DNA of 64,000 nucleotides from Phoronis australis (taxonomy: Eukaryota > Animalia > Phoronida). Below are positions 25,991 to 38,925 of the stretch, piece by piece (the first letter of the stretch is position 1; every line of letters starts with the position of its first letter). The stretch is from positions 91,516 to 155,515 of the forward strand of contig NMRA01000289.1 in the NCBI GenBank assembly GCA_002633005.1, in the 5' to 3' direction. The notes beneath the pieces were generated by a model, which had not been told where the DNA came from, ran no database searches, and worked only from the letters and a program-made list of their open reading frames with translations. The translations under genes and the position numbers were made by a program.

Positions 25991-28500
25991 GCAGGATTTG
26001 GGCGAACGTTTGATTCAAAATAAGTTTTAATGGGCTGTGTTAATTAGAGTCAGCAAGTGAATTATTGAACACTAGCCTCGGTTCATTTTCGTATCTCTTA
26101 GTCAGGCACAAAGTGCAACAGTGAGTAGCTTCAACAGTGTTTCTTGACATTGCCTGTCCAAATAACTTCATGCACACCAGCTTTCTGAAGAACAGCGCAA
26201 AAGCCTTGCTTTAGTTTTGAAAGACAAATGACATCTCCATGTGTTAGAAGCTTTGATTCAATGAACTCCAAACAAAACTAGAAAAACATCTCTGAAAACT
26301 GTGGATTCGTCACTCTTCACAATCTTTGTCTTTCTATGTTTTATAGCATGACGATCTGTGGTACTTGGCCTTCAAGACACAAGGTCTTTGTCTTTAAATT
26401 TCATTTGCATATTCAGGGCTCTGGACTGAACTGTTGCTTGCGATACAAGTCCAACTGAAAAAAACGAACTGTTAACACATATTTAACATTTAACTGTGAG
26501 TGAGTTGGCATGCAAATTTTTCAGACGGATTTATCAGGAACTAATTCACCACCAGCCTAACAAATTTACATACCGTCTGATCTGTCGCCTAAAAATGTTG
26601 ATCGTCTAATAATTAGTTTGGTTTATGCAACTGAAAATAAATCAGCTGATATACCAGTGCAAAGATTGAAATTTAATTTTTAAATCAGATGCTCATACCA
26701 TAGTCAATCGATTTTCACTTAAGATAATCAAAGTTTGACGAAATGGATAGTGGCTTCCACCGTCCTCAAATTACGACGGGGATGCTGGCCACTTAGGCAC
26801 TTTAATTTAATTACCATTACAGCTACCTAACTAATTAATGTTTACAAAAAATTGAGAAGAGGCTCCCCCTATCCCAGGACTACGGCAGGGGATGACGGCC
26901 ACTTGGGCATGTTGGTTGCAACCAACTACTCCATTTACCCTTCTTAAAAATCTTTGACTTAAAGTGCTTAAAATCACACCCACAGTATAACGTCATATGA
27001 TTATCCCTTGGTGCAGGCAGTGTCGATGTGGCCACTGAACAAGGGAGTGTTCGAAAAACAGGATTGCAGGAGTATTTATTTAAACTGGGAACAAATGAAA
27101 ACATTAACGGCCTCCTCAGAGACATCTCTCTGTGCGGTACTGTACTTCTAAACTTATAGGAACATGACTTATGTTTTAACCAGTGCGATGCATAATTTGC
27201 CGAAAAGCGTCCGGCATATGGAGTACCCATGGTATGATCACCGTCTCTACTGGGTCAGCGGTATTGTCTAAGGCCTAGGCAGCCAAGGGGCTGAACAAGT
27301 TAAAAAACAACTGGTGATAATACTGAAACACACTTGGAAAACACCAAAATGTACCTCTCGAAAGCACGTACCTGTTTTTCAAAGCTGTATAGTTGTTACT
27401 TCTTTCTCTTTCTTGAAATGTGGTCCATAATATACTTTTCCTGCTAACGAATGATCCACTCATGTTTCAGAATGTTCCTGCATTATTCAGGTTAAGTGTG
27501 TGTTTCAGATTTTGGAAGTATAACTGATTTTTTGGGAAATCTTGGATAACATCTGTATCCCTTTCAGCAACTTCAGCTTTAGTACTACTGCTGGTGTCTT
27601 GAAACGTTGCTATGCCTTTCTATGTCCTTTCATTTTTTGGTCTGACACTTGGTCTGTATAGGCTATACCACAAACGTTTGTGACACCTCTTCTTCTTTTT
27701 GATGTACTGATCTAGAGAGTTCCACAGTCCATCAGCTTTCGTCGGGCAGCTTCTCTAAGCTTCTTCAGGCTCTGGCATCACAATTTTGTGCTGTTTGATA
27801 AACCTTGAATTATATAGGCATCACACTCCATGGGAGCTGCCATATTGAAGTAACTAAGCACAACAATACAATCTGGCTCTCTGATTGGTCAATTCTATAG
27901 AATAGCGCAGGAATATGCATAATAATTTGTGCAATAAAAACACCATTTTTAAAAAAATGTGCAGGTGTAGAACTTTTTGGAATTTGATTTATAGGTATAT
28001 TATCTAGTCACATAGAAAAAACTAGGTTGCCCCACCCCCAAAGTACTCACAAGGATATACGCTATGAGATCTGGACCACCGACTATATATTATGCCCGGG
28101 GAACACAGATCATATACGTGGAAGGGTCTGCTGTTAGGTTTGACGATATCTATATTATCCATAATGAAAATTGCGACCAGTGTTGATACCAAACCTTTAA
28201 TTGCATGCATCATATTATATCATTCTTATACTTGCCTACTTCAATAGGTAACCTACCGTATTGTCGCTTATGAAAGCCAGACCTTTAATAACCACTGGTT
28301 TTTGAATAAGCGCCGAGTAAAGTCCAGTAAAAGAACAACATTCTTAAAGGTACTATATCGCTATTACTTTCAGCTACTTGATATTTGATCCGGGTTATGG
28401 CCGAGACAACACGTGTATTCTAAGGGGGAAAGTTTTCTCCGTTTCGAGAGGTATATCTGTTTCTACGGAGGGTCAAATTTGTTGCATACTATTCTTCATA

Positions 28501-29290
28501 ATGGATATCGCTCACAAACGACGTGCTAGTAAGGACAGTGCCGAGTTAAAGGCTTCTACACCCAATGCCAAGCCATTGAAGCAATCTACTCTAACACCTC
28601 TGACATCAAAGCCAATGGCCGGCTCTGGCACCGGGCCTCAGTCATGATTCGACATTAAGCAAGAAATAAAAGACGCGCTCCTAGACAGCGAAATTAAAGG
28701 TTTCTTCACGAAATTACTGCAATCGCTTATTTCTGCTTTTAGAGGCCAAAGACCGTGAGATCGATGTTTTGAAAACTGAGGCTGCCGCCATGAAGAGTCA
28801 TTTTGAGCACAAGATCGAAAACCTTGAAGTTATGTTGGATGAACAACAAGCCTATGGCCGTCGAAACAGTCTCGTAGTAAGTAGTTATGAAGAGATAAGA
28901 GGTGAGAACACGGATGACATTATACTTTCTCTTGCTAAAAGTATGAGCGCCGAGATTGATATTAGAGACATTAGTCGCAGCCATCGTCTTGGCGCACCCC
29001 CCGAGTCTTCTACCTCAGGTAAACCAAGACCTATCATTGTGAAGTTTGTCTCCTTCAATGCGAGAACCAAGTTCATTGTGAATCGAAAAGCATTGTACAA
29101 ATCGGACAAGCCTTTGTTTGTGAACGAGAACTTAACCCCAAAAAGAGCGCAGGTTTTCAGGAAATGCCGCGATTTAGTCAAGCGAAAGTCTGTTCTGAGC
29201 TGCTGGACATTTGTGGGTAAAGTTTTTATTAAACGTCTTGACAACTCGGTAACCTGTGTCAAGGATCTGTCAGACTTGAGTGAGCTATAG
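28501..29290 (+). pseudogene. LINE ORF1 (coiled coil + RRM + CTD)
   Basis: EQQAYGRRNSLVV...DISRSHRLG...KPRPIIVKF...FVNENLT...WTFVGKVFIK; stop at 28645 and frameshift near 28740. Confidence 0.88.
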
Positions 29291-29723
29291 TTTCTACTCT
29301 TGGATAGTTTGAATTCATTCTACTGTTAGGCCTAGTGGTCTCACATTTACAATACTCTGCCACGGGTGGTGAATTCTAGTGTTTCCTAGTCTTATCATGA
29401 GTTGCAGGGTTTCATGAACCTGCGTGAGTTTATTGTTACATTGTTTCCTACTTTACATATTCTGCTTATAGAGCTGTCAATCACTGTCGCATTTCGCTTG
29501 TATTAGTTGTTTGAACTGGGTGTTTGATCTCCTGCTGGGTAAGCTCGGTCCACATGCACAGTTGGTTCTCTGACATCTTTCATTGGCCCGCCCACTCTGT
29601 TGTATTATGATTCTCTCCCGGGGAAAATTTCCATCCACTGCTAGTGTCACGTAGACACCTATCAGTGTTGTTGTTTTGCCATTTATCTTTATTTTCGTTG
29701 CAGTATACACTTTATTACACTAC

Positions 29724-31046
29724 ATGGATATGTTAAATAACTTTGGTGGTATTAATGTCAATAGTTTTGTTCATTTGCTTGGTGATAAAAATGATGAGAT
29801 TGGGTCTGGTGCACTCAAGTCCTCTCCCTATTATGATAGTGATTCATTCAGAGCTTTTGCTCTTAAACACAAAGATGACTTTTGTATGTTATCTTTAAAC
29901 ATACAAAGTATCCGAGCTAAGTTTGATGGCCTGTTCCTGTTTCTCCGTCAACTGTCCCAGTTGAATTTTCATTTTAGTGTAATTTGTTTGCAGGAAACTT
30001 GGCTTGATGATGATGCTGACCTCTCATTGTTTCAAATTGATAATTACTCTTGNNNNNNNNNNNNNNNNNNNNNNNNNNNNNNNNNNNNNNNNNNNNNNNN
30101 NNNNNNNNNNNNNNNNNNNNNNNNNNNNNNNNNNNNNNNNNNNNNNNNNNNNNNNNNNNNNNNNNNNNNNNNNNNNNNNNNNNNNNNNNNNNNNNNNNNN
30201 NNNNNNNNNNNNNNNNNNNNNNNNNNNNNNNNNNNNNNNNNNNNNNNNNNNNNNNNNNNNNNNNNNNNNNNNNNNNNNNNNNNNNNNNNNNNNNNNNNNN
30301 NNNNNNNNNNNNNNNNNNNNNNNNNNNNNNNNNNNNNNNNNNNNNNNNNNNNNNNNNNNNNNNNNNNNNNNNNNNNNNNNNNNNNNNNNNNNNNNNNNNN
30401 NNNNNNNNNNNNNNNNNNNNNNNNNNNNNNNNNNNNNNNNNNNNNNNNNNNNNNNNNNNNNNNNNNNNNNNNNNNNNNNNNNNNNNNNNNNNNNNNNNNN
30501 NNNNNNNNNNNNNNNNNNNNNNNNNNNNNNNNNNNNNNNNNNNNNNNNNNNNNNNNNNNNNNNNNNNNNNNNNNNNNNNNNNNNNNNNNNNNNNNNNNNN
30601 NNNNNNNNNNNNNNNNNNNNNNNNNNNNNNNNNNNNNNNNTAGTCATTTTAATGCCCATACAGATCCTTTATTTAAGACTACACAGTTACTCAAAATAAA
30701 GGACTTGTATGTTGTTGCTATTATTAAATTTTTCTACAAATATGTTCATAATTACTTACCTTTATTTTTTAACACGTTCAATTTAATTACTCGTGGGTCT
30801 GTTCATGAACATTACACTAGGCAACGACATCTTTTACATACTCCCCGTTGTACTAAATCATTTGTTGAAGATTCAGTTCGAAATGCCCTACCTCATATCA
30901 TTAATAACCTTCCTGAAAGTGTCTATCAAAAACTTTTTACCCATTCGTTATCCTCTGTTATAAATTATTTTAAGAATGTTTGTTTTGAAAATTATGAACT
31001 TGAGTGCACTATTTTCAACTGCTTTGTATGTAACTATTTTCGATAA
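29724..31046 (+). pseudogene. LINE ORF2, partial (endonuclease N-terminus and C-terminal tail)
   Basis: LSLNIQSI...VICLQETWL; after the gap HTDPLFKTTQLLKIKDLY...CTIFNCFVC. RT core not visible (Ns 30053-30640). Confidence 0.85.
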
Positions 31047-31860
31047 TCTCCCAGTCTTTACACAAGTAGTTTTAAAGTACATCATCACCTAATTTTTATA
31101 GTTCTGCTTATCTGTAACGCTGTATTTTTTCTTTCTTATTCTCTGGTGGCTCCATGGTCAGCGGACCTCTCGGGTCCTTCACGGAGTCTCCATAAGCGTA
31201 AATCTGTATCAACTGTATTTTTTGGTTTTTGACTTAAAGTGAATAAAGTGTATTACTACTACTACTTAGAACACAAAATGAGTTTTGACACTCGAAATAT
31301 GTCTTTAAAGTTAACGCTTTTCATGAATTACAGCCATCTATGTACTCCCTTATTTTACTATTACTTTTTTAAACTTAAAAAGTGGGCAGACCTTCAGCGA
31401 AACGTCATTATTTATGCGGCGCTCCCAGTGGAGTGATTATCAATAATGCACACAAACCGGCTGACGGATGAAAAACACGTCGAGCACAAGCGATCGAGTT
31501 GAGTTAGGTGTTTTGAGAGTTATTGTCAGCTAAACGCAAGGAATCAGAACGTTCAAATATTTGGAAATCACAGTGCTTCACTCTTACTCGTAAGCAACTA
31601 GATTCATTTGCTCTGAATCCAAATTCTCTCAACTATTTCTGTTGCTATCCCGAGTATCCGTATAGCCTTTTGAATTCAGGGCCGTAGGAAGCGTGTGAGA
31701 CGGAGTTGTACGTGCCCACCAAAAATTTGCTGGTGTTAGGGTCAAACCGTGGCAACCCACAGAGGCGTGGAGCAGGGGACAGTCGAGAAAAGAAAGACTG
31801 CGAATATGGATAAGAGAGAAAATTTAAGAGAAAATTTGACAACTCGGTATCAGTGCATCA

Positions 31861-31996
31861 CATTGGCGGATTTAGAGGGGTCCCATGTCCCCCACCCGTA
31901 AAATTCTCCCAAATTCCATTTGGCAGTTCGGTGGTACGAATTTCTGACGGGCAAAATCCTTCCCCCCCTTCACTCACAATCCTGGATCCGCCCATG
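31861..31996. mobile_element. CAGGGGCGGATCCAGG-type MITE, short form
   Basis: CATTGGCGGATTTAG...CCTGGATCCGCCCATG; shares the AAAATTCTC..ATTCCATTTGGCAGTTCG core with 6799-6955. Confidence 0.75.
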
Positions 31997-32224
31997 CAGC
32001 GTTTACCCTTTGAGGACCCTACCCAGACCATTGTTGTTGGAGTCTCCGTTTTTGCAGCACAAGTCGTCTATACGCACTCCAAAACGTGCCCTTAATCATT
32101 CATACATGTATTTTGAAAATACTAGAAAATCGTTGATGCTAAACTTTGTGGAGCGTATTAATTCACTGGATTTTTAAAAACCAGTAAGGCAGTTTTGCGA
32201 ATGCGAGAACTTAATGCTTATTCT

Positions 32225-32568
32225 CAAGACTGCGTATGCGTGAACTCGAAATTAATTATCAATTAAAGAAATCAGGTAAATTTTCTGGTTCAGTCTAAAG
32301 AATTTTTGCAATTATTGACTCCATAATCACTCAATTTCTTGTGCACCCTAATTTGTGTCACGTACATGTATTCGGAATACGTGGATGGTTAATAAACTTT
32401 TGTTGGGTGAACTAGATCGCCAATTGTTGAAAAAGAACAAATTGGAATTTATATTTTTGGTTAACCTGTAATTTTAACCTGTATATTTTATCAACGTGAA
32501 CTCGATTATTTGAGTAAACTTGTTAAACTTACTCGGGTATTTCAAGTTCACTCATATGCGATCTTGAA
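32225..32568. repeat. Element bounded by ~29-bp imperfect inverted repeats
   Basis: TCAAGACTGCGTATGCGTGAACTCGAAAT versus rev-comp TCAAGATCGCATATGAGTGAACTTGAAAT. Confidence 0.6.
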
Positions 32569-35029
32569 ATTAACGATATTATAAGTCCAGCACACAACAG
32601 GATTCGACAACACAATGCTCCTCTGCAACAGAATTTCGATTGACACTTCTCCGGCCACCTTCTTTTAATGGTGCAATACATTTAGACAAAAATTAGCTAA
32701 AAGTTTGTATTTAATTTAGTTTACATTGAAAAAACGCGACGTCATGTTCAAAGACCATTATTTGGGCTTAGGTTTCGAATAAAATGGTTTGCATAAAGAT
32801 CCGTTTCGTGAAGTTTTTAACAAAACTGAAGCTAAAATAGTATCTTTGAATAAGCAACGGGGCTGATATTCAAGACTAACTGAAAGAACAGCATTGGGCT
32901 GCTTAACTAGATAGTATTGGTCCTACTTCCAACTACTATATATGCTAGCGGAGTGTTAAAGATGAAGGCAAACCTAATGACAAAGCCCATTGGACGGCCA
33001 GGGGCGTATATTTTTGTTACCTGCACTGTAGCAACACCTAGTGGGCGTATGTTTTGAAGAAAACAAACATGGACTTCAAATAACCGTAGGGATTTACAAG
33101 GAAACATGTGACTGCTCCAGTCAGTAAAAAAGTTAGGGAGCTTTTTGCTCTTTTTACAGATGCAGCAACTGCCAGTTAAAACAATCGTGACTTACGCCTT
33201 TTTTGTTTCGACCCTGATAAAGATAGGCGGCGTTCGATTGAAAGGATGTCTTTACTGTTGCCTGCATCCAATCCCTTGTATAGAAAATTATCGCACATGG
33301 TTTGCATGTTGTCGGGCTCTACTGATTAAGCTTATTGATGCTTCTGTGGTTGTATATCTCTCATGTCCTTAAGCAGTTTGCTTAAGTCTTAGTAAATTCA
33401 GGTCCAATAATTAAATTTCTTATTACCATCTTTTCGCTAATTTCATTCTTTTTATATAATCATAGTATTTATCATTTATTTTTTATTTGATTTTTCCCCT
33501 AATATTTATTTACATTATCTATTTTGGTCGTATACAGTCAAAATCCTGGCGGCAGTCCGTTGTCAATCCAATTTTATTGTATGATGGTAATAAACACCTC
33601 TTGAATCATACTGTTTAAAGATGTGTTTGCATGCTCCTGATCATGCTAATGTACATAAGGGACTAAATGAATATGCTATTTGAACATCATCTACGCTAAA
33701 CAAAGTGCAGTTGTATTCACTGGTAAATTGTAAAGTTTAAAACAAAAAATTATGCAAATAAGTGCAGACCTTTGCACTAATGACGTACCGTGTGGGCTCA
33801 CATAACCCGCATCATGCAGTGTTTCCCAACGCTACGTCACGATACTTACTGGACACGGTTGAGTGATTTACGGCAGATCGTTTTCGACACAAAACTTGTT
33901 CTTAAAAATATTTGTCAGTCTCTTACGTACTTCATATTTACATCGTCGCTACATGTTGTGTTTTTAACTAATTTGACCAAGCTATCACAGAGGTAAGAAT
34001 TAAGGTGCAAGTTCCACTTTAAGGTGCTAAAGTGAGTGCGTTGCGTTGCTCTTGCAGATCATAGGCCATGGTCTTTTGTCTACGCAGTCAAGACTACTTA
34101 TATGGCAATAGTCGGCATAATTTGGACACTACTACAGTAGTAAATGAGCCTGCAAAATTTTCCTTGTTTGTCAAGTGTTTGTCAAAGCGACTTGGCAAAC
34201 TGTGGTGAAACTTCATAATATTTAAGTTTGTGGTGGGATACGCCAGCACCGCTTCATTTTTGGATAAATTAAAGTGCCGTGCCATTACGTTTTCCACAAA
34301 ACTGTGTGTGTCAAAAATGATTGTCAAAACGGCTTCACAGTGCTTTACAAAACATGACACAGAGATACATAGCGGTGATGCATTTTCGTTCACATTTGAG
34401 TGCAGTTCGAGGTGCACAATTTTTTTTTATCGCCGTATGGATTTCAGTGCATGATCAATTTCAATTGTAACTTTTTGTAACCTGCTTGATAATTTGCAAT
34501 AGGAAGTGTTGAAGGAAATGTTTCCTTTAAAGGCATAATGGGCTCTACATCGGCGGGTACTTTGGTAGTAGGTTTACTACATTGGAAAACCCGTTACACT
34601 CAGTGACGATGTCGTTTGTACTGATTTTTGTTTTGACACGGGTCTTAAAACATCAAGTAAGGAAATAAGGCATCTTATGTTGTTTACCTTGAAGTTTGTC
34701 ATATTTTACCCACCGATGATGGCCTGTCCATGCCTTTTACTAACCGATGATAGTAGAATTAATAAAACGTGAGGTGATAAAAATTATTTTTCCTGGTTTA
34801 CGAGAACTGGAGGTCATCAGAAAAAATTGCCCCACACGGACTGTGCTTCAATGGCCTTTTTAGAAGGGCATACACTTATTCAAATGTCGTAAAAGGCAGA
34901 TTTTGGACATTGGCGTAGGAAACATTGATAAGTTGGGGGAAGAGGAGATTCTTAAATATTCATTTTTTTTAAACAAAGTCTGCGTGTCTAAAGTTTTAAT
35001 AATTAATTGTCAATTAATTTATACGTATT

Positions 35030-35452
35030 ATGTTAAAATAGCGTTGGTGTTTAGTTCCTTACGTAGGGCGGTCGAATCTAGGAACCAATATGAGTCGAAC
35101 CAAATTTTTTCGTTTTTTTTTTCGTTTTGAAAAAGTACTTTGCTATCATCGGAAAGGTAGTGCATTCCACTCAGTAAAAATCGAAAAAGTATCAAAATCG
35201 GGGCAAGCAGTGTAAAGTTACTGCAATTTTTGTGGCGAAATTTGGGTAACTTTGTTTGAATCGCGTCGGCCATATTGGAGGACAGCGGGATAAGTTACGA
35301 CTTTAAAACTTTGTGTAAATTGTTTTCGCCAACCAATGACGGTGAAATTTAGTGAGACCTATCTATACTTACTTTTCTGCACGATTCAATAGTTTTCACC
35401 AAATTTCAGCCTCGCAGTTGTTACTCATCAAGTGGTAAATGTGCTCACAATC
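35030..35452 (+). repeat. Interspersed repeat fragment (DNA-transposon-like), copy A
   Basis: Reverse-complement homology to 62590-63000. Confidence 0.8.
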
Positions 35453-37498
35453 AATCGTGATCCTCTTGAAAGGCTCCTCCATCAAAGGCATCTCTCCCAG
35501 GGATACCTTGGTCACACGACCTTTCAAGATTGTCTTCTGGCAGATGTCGCATGATCTGCAGAATCGGGTCACTTCTGATGCCACTCCTGGCCAATAGAAA
35601 TTGCTGGTGATACGGTCTTCCTAACACCGAGGTGTCCACCGAGTATAGATTCATAAGTAAACCTCGTCACGGACTTCCGTAAACTGCTCGGCACGACAAG
35701 TTGTTTCACCTCGTCTTCTTAAACATCCGATAGAGTATTCCTTGTTGAACCTCCATCACGTATGTCCCTTTGCCTTTGGCTTGTCGAAATTTGGCTTCAG
35801 CTTGCTCCCACAGCGGTTTCATTGACGAATCTTAATGCTGGGCTTCTTTGAACTGCTTTAGTCCCATCTCTTATATGGTTTGAGACACACATAACGGCTA
35901 AATGTCCGCTTTTTGTCACTCTGCCTGAGCCCTGGTAGTCATTGCTACTACTTCCCTGCTGGATTCATCAGGATTCGTTCCCACCGACATGTCGGCCACC
36001 TCTTCTCCCTCTGGAGTTGAGGTCACTGGGTTTTCTTCTTGGGAGAGTCGTCCTTCAGACCCTCCACCAGGCTATCGCCCGCAACGTCCTTGCTGACAGT
36101 AGTTGCTGTCTGCTGTCGCTCAACATCCACGGGGTCCAAGGCGCCAGGTACGTCCCCGATAATCAAATCGGCCACTGGACGCTTCATACACATCGCAAAC
36201 ACTTCGCCTGTGTAGTACGGTGTCTTGATGTTGATCTTGGCGACAGGCAGCCATCTCTTGGTTGAAGCTGCCAACTCGAATGACCACTTCCGGGAGGTCA
36301 TATACCCTGGTTCGACTAGACCGGATCGAACCACAATGGTTGTGGCAGCCTGTGTCTCTCAACACTGTGACCTTCTTCGTGCCAACATACCCCTCCTTCA
36401 GACGAAGCCTTCCTTTGAAGGCTCGTTCAGGTTTAGCACGCTTCACCGACTCCTCCTTGCTCTGGGAACCTCGGTGGTTGACCGCTGCTGCCTGTTGGTG
36501 TTGCTTGCCATGTTTCCGCTTCCGACAGTCTCTAGACAGGTGCCCAGCTTTGTGACAGAAGAAACACCTTTCCTCTGCGAGGTCAGTTTTCTTCTGGTCG
36601 ACTGTCTGGATGTCTGTCTTGACTGGTCGTTCTTGGGGACTTTTTCGACTGATTGCTTGTTATATCCACTCCATGGGCCTCAATATGTCTCTCTTCTAAG
36701 CCCACCATCTCTGGAACAGACTTGGGGGACCGCTCCCGCAGGAACAAAGCCAAGTCCTTAGTAGAGGTGTTCACGTACTGCTCACGCACTAACAGGTCTC
36801 TCAACTCAGCAAAATCTTTGCCACAGTCGGACATGTCGATCCACTTGTCTAGGTAGCGCTGTATGCGGGCCACAAACTGGTAAGCCGTCTCACCCCTTTC
36901 AGCCCTCGCTTCCCGGAACTGTCTGCGAAAGCCCTCCTCCGTCAGCTCATAACGCTTCAGCAAGGCTCTTTTGAGTGTAGCAGTGCACCAGCCATAGGGA
37001 GGCTAGTGTGAACCTGCAGTCCCTTACGTGTTACCAGGGGACTGAGACGTGTTGCCCATTCACTCTGGGTCCAACCCTGACTCTAAGCGTATCTTAAAAA
37101 CCTTTCTAGGAAGTTGTCCATATCGTCCTGCTTTTCTTCAAACTTGGGTAGTTTCGGCTTTACGCCACCGGTTGGTCTAACATGGCTACCCTAAGCGGCA
37201 AAATGTTCAGCTTTAAGTGCTGTTAGCGCTCTCTCGTGTTAATTTTTTCTCTCTCCAGCTGTTGTTCTGCTTCGCGGGCTTGCCTTCTCTCCTCGACCTC
37301 AGCCTCAGCCTCAGCACGCGCCTCAGTTTGCTCTTTCTCCACAAACTGTCTAAGGTCGTCTCCCTGCAGACCCATTTCTTGTCCGAAGGCCATCAACTCC
37401 CTTAGTTGAGATCTTGTTTCCATAGTGAGTCGCTAATTCCAACAATCCACTTAATCACACCTTGTTACCGTCAGTAAGCTCCTGGCGTGCTTGCCAAT

Positions 37499-38228
37499 TG
37501 TCACGTTTTCCCCGTGTGTGGGTGGAAGCAGGTTGTTACAGATCGGTGCTAATAGCTTTCGGTGCGACGATTGACTGAAGACTGGTTCGACTTTATCCTT
37601 TATTAATCTCGACTGTATGTTCACAAGCCTACTCAAATAAAACGCCCGACGTAACGGCTGTTTTATGCTCCAACCAGTGCTGCGAAACCTTGAGTTGTGA
37701 TGCACTTCCGAGACACGTTCAGCAACTGTTACACTCACTATTTCAATGAACCTGCTGTCTTTATAGCTGGCTCTCTGTTAACGCGCGCTTTAACTGCTGA
37801 TTCTCTTCACTGTAACTCTTTAGCTGCTTAACTGCTTTTCTTCTGATTAACTGGATCACAAAACTGTGCGTGTGTATTTGTAGGTTAATGAATTGTACTA
37901 GAACTTTTCATCAATTCACGCACATGCCAGAACTTTCCGGAATCTACCCAATCATTCTACAAACATATAGTAGTCTCTAGAATATTCCAGACTGCATTAA
38001 TCACTGTCATGCTAGAGTCTTCTAGAAAGTTCTACACTATACTGTAGTAAACAAATGACATCATCACTGTACTGAATTCAGTCTTCTAGAAAGTTCCATA
38101 CTATTCTGTAGTAGACAAATTACATCATCATTGTACTTAATTCAGGGGTCATGCCAATCAAACAGAACAACAAAACAAAACAAAACAAAACAATACAACT
38201 AAAAACAGTGTCAGTCTATATTCTGACA
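37499..38228 (-). repeat. 5' LTR of second Gypsy element
   Basis: Minus strand TGTCAGAA...GTGACA, followed by PBS-like TGGCAAGCACGCCAGGAG (37479-96, tRNA-Arg-like); TATAAA near 37761-66, AATAAA near 37599-604; internal ~64-bp tandem duplication 38018-38145. Confidence 0.82.
37929..38097. promoter_or_regulatory. Cluster of heat-shock elements in LTR U3
   Basis: GAActTTCcgGAA (37930), cTCtaGAAtaTTCcaGAc (37975), TTCtaGAAagTTC (38020 and 38084); canonical alternating nGAAn arrays. Motif match only. Confidence 0.7.
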
Positions 38229-38674
38229 TACGGCACACTGTCATACTAGTACATGAATTGTCTATAGTGCACCTGCAATGATGTCTTTAAACTGGATGAA
38301 CAAGTCTGCTGCCTCTGTAGCGTCACTGGGCGTTTCTAATCTGCCGTCAACATAGTACAAACTCCTAGAAGTTGCCATCGCAAGGACGGTCAGACTAAAA
38401 GGTATACTCTTGTTGGCAAGCTAAAACTTTTTGTTCGTCTACAGCCCGAAGACAATCTCTTGCCCCATACGTTTCTGATGCATAAATCTGACCTGAACCC
38501 GCGACTTCTTCTTCAACAAAAACGAACCACTTCATCAAAACCCGTCCATAAGTCGCTAAAGTCACGTTGCAATTGGCTTGTGCTTAGTGACGCTCCAAAA
38601 CGACGCATGAGTACCTTTATAAATCGACAACATGCTTGTTTCGATCCTCCATTTTAATTTGAAACCGATGTAGT

Positions 38675-38925
38675 AACCTCGATATCGTAACTCTAGCGAT
38701 AGAGTTTCTGAGTCTATCGATAGAGAAAGTAACTCAATCGATATAGTTATTAACTAGTTGATAACTATATCGATATAGTAACTCTACCGATAGATATACT
38801 AAGTGTGTCGATAGAATTCATAAGTCTATCGATAGAGATAGTAAGTCTATCGATGGAGTTACTAAGTCTATTAGCAGAGTTTAAAAGTCTATCTATAACG
38901 TTAATAAGTCTATCGATGGAGATAA
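38675..38925. repeat. Degenerate ~21-bp minisatellite with palindromic CTATCGATAG core
   Basis: About 11-12 units like AAGTCTATCGATAGAGATAGT. Confidence 0.85.

Larger units (their letters stand above)
18522..28085 (-). mobile_element. Academ-type DNA transposon, degenerate, interrupted by an LTR element
   Basis: Termini TAGGCGTTGGGCCAGA and (rev-comp) TAGTCGGTGGTCCAGA, shared subterminal GTGAGTACTTTrGGGG, 4-bp TATA TSD (18518-21, 28086-89). Internal remnant encodes the Cys8-type C-terminus typical of Academ transposases. Confidence 0.75.
28108..31268 (+). mobile_element. CR1/L2-group LINE with assembly gap in ORF2
   Basis: ORF1, APE-type ORF2, 3' UTR hairpin GGACC-tctcg-GGTCC, AATAAA and (TAC)n tail. 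Candidate TSD GAACACA (28101-07, 31269-75) sets the tentative 5' end. Confidence 0.88.
35453..38228 (-). mobile_element. Second Gmr1-like Gypsy element, 3'-truncated (5' LTR, gag, PR, integrase N-terminus)
   Basis: METRSQLRELMAFG..., LKRYELTEEGFRRQFRE, VLRDTGC, FCRSCDICQKT...LGEMPLMEEPF; clearly related to the first element but diverged and frameshifted. Confidence 0.92.
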
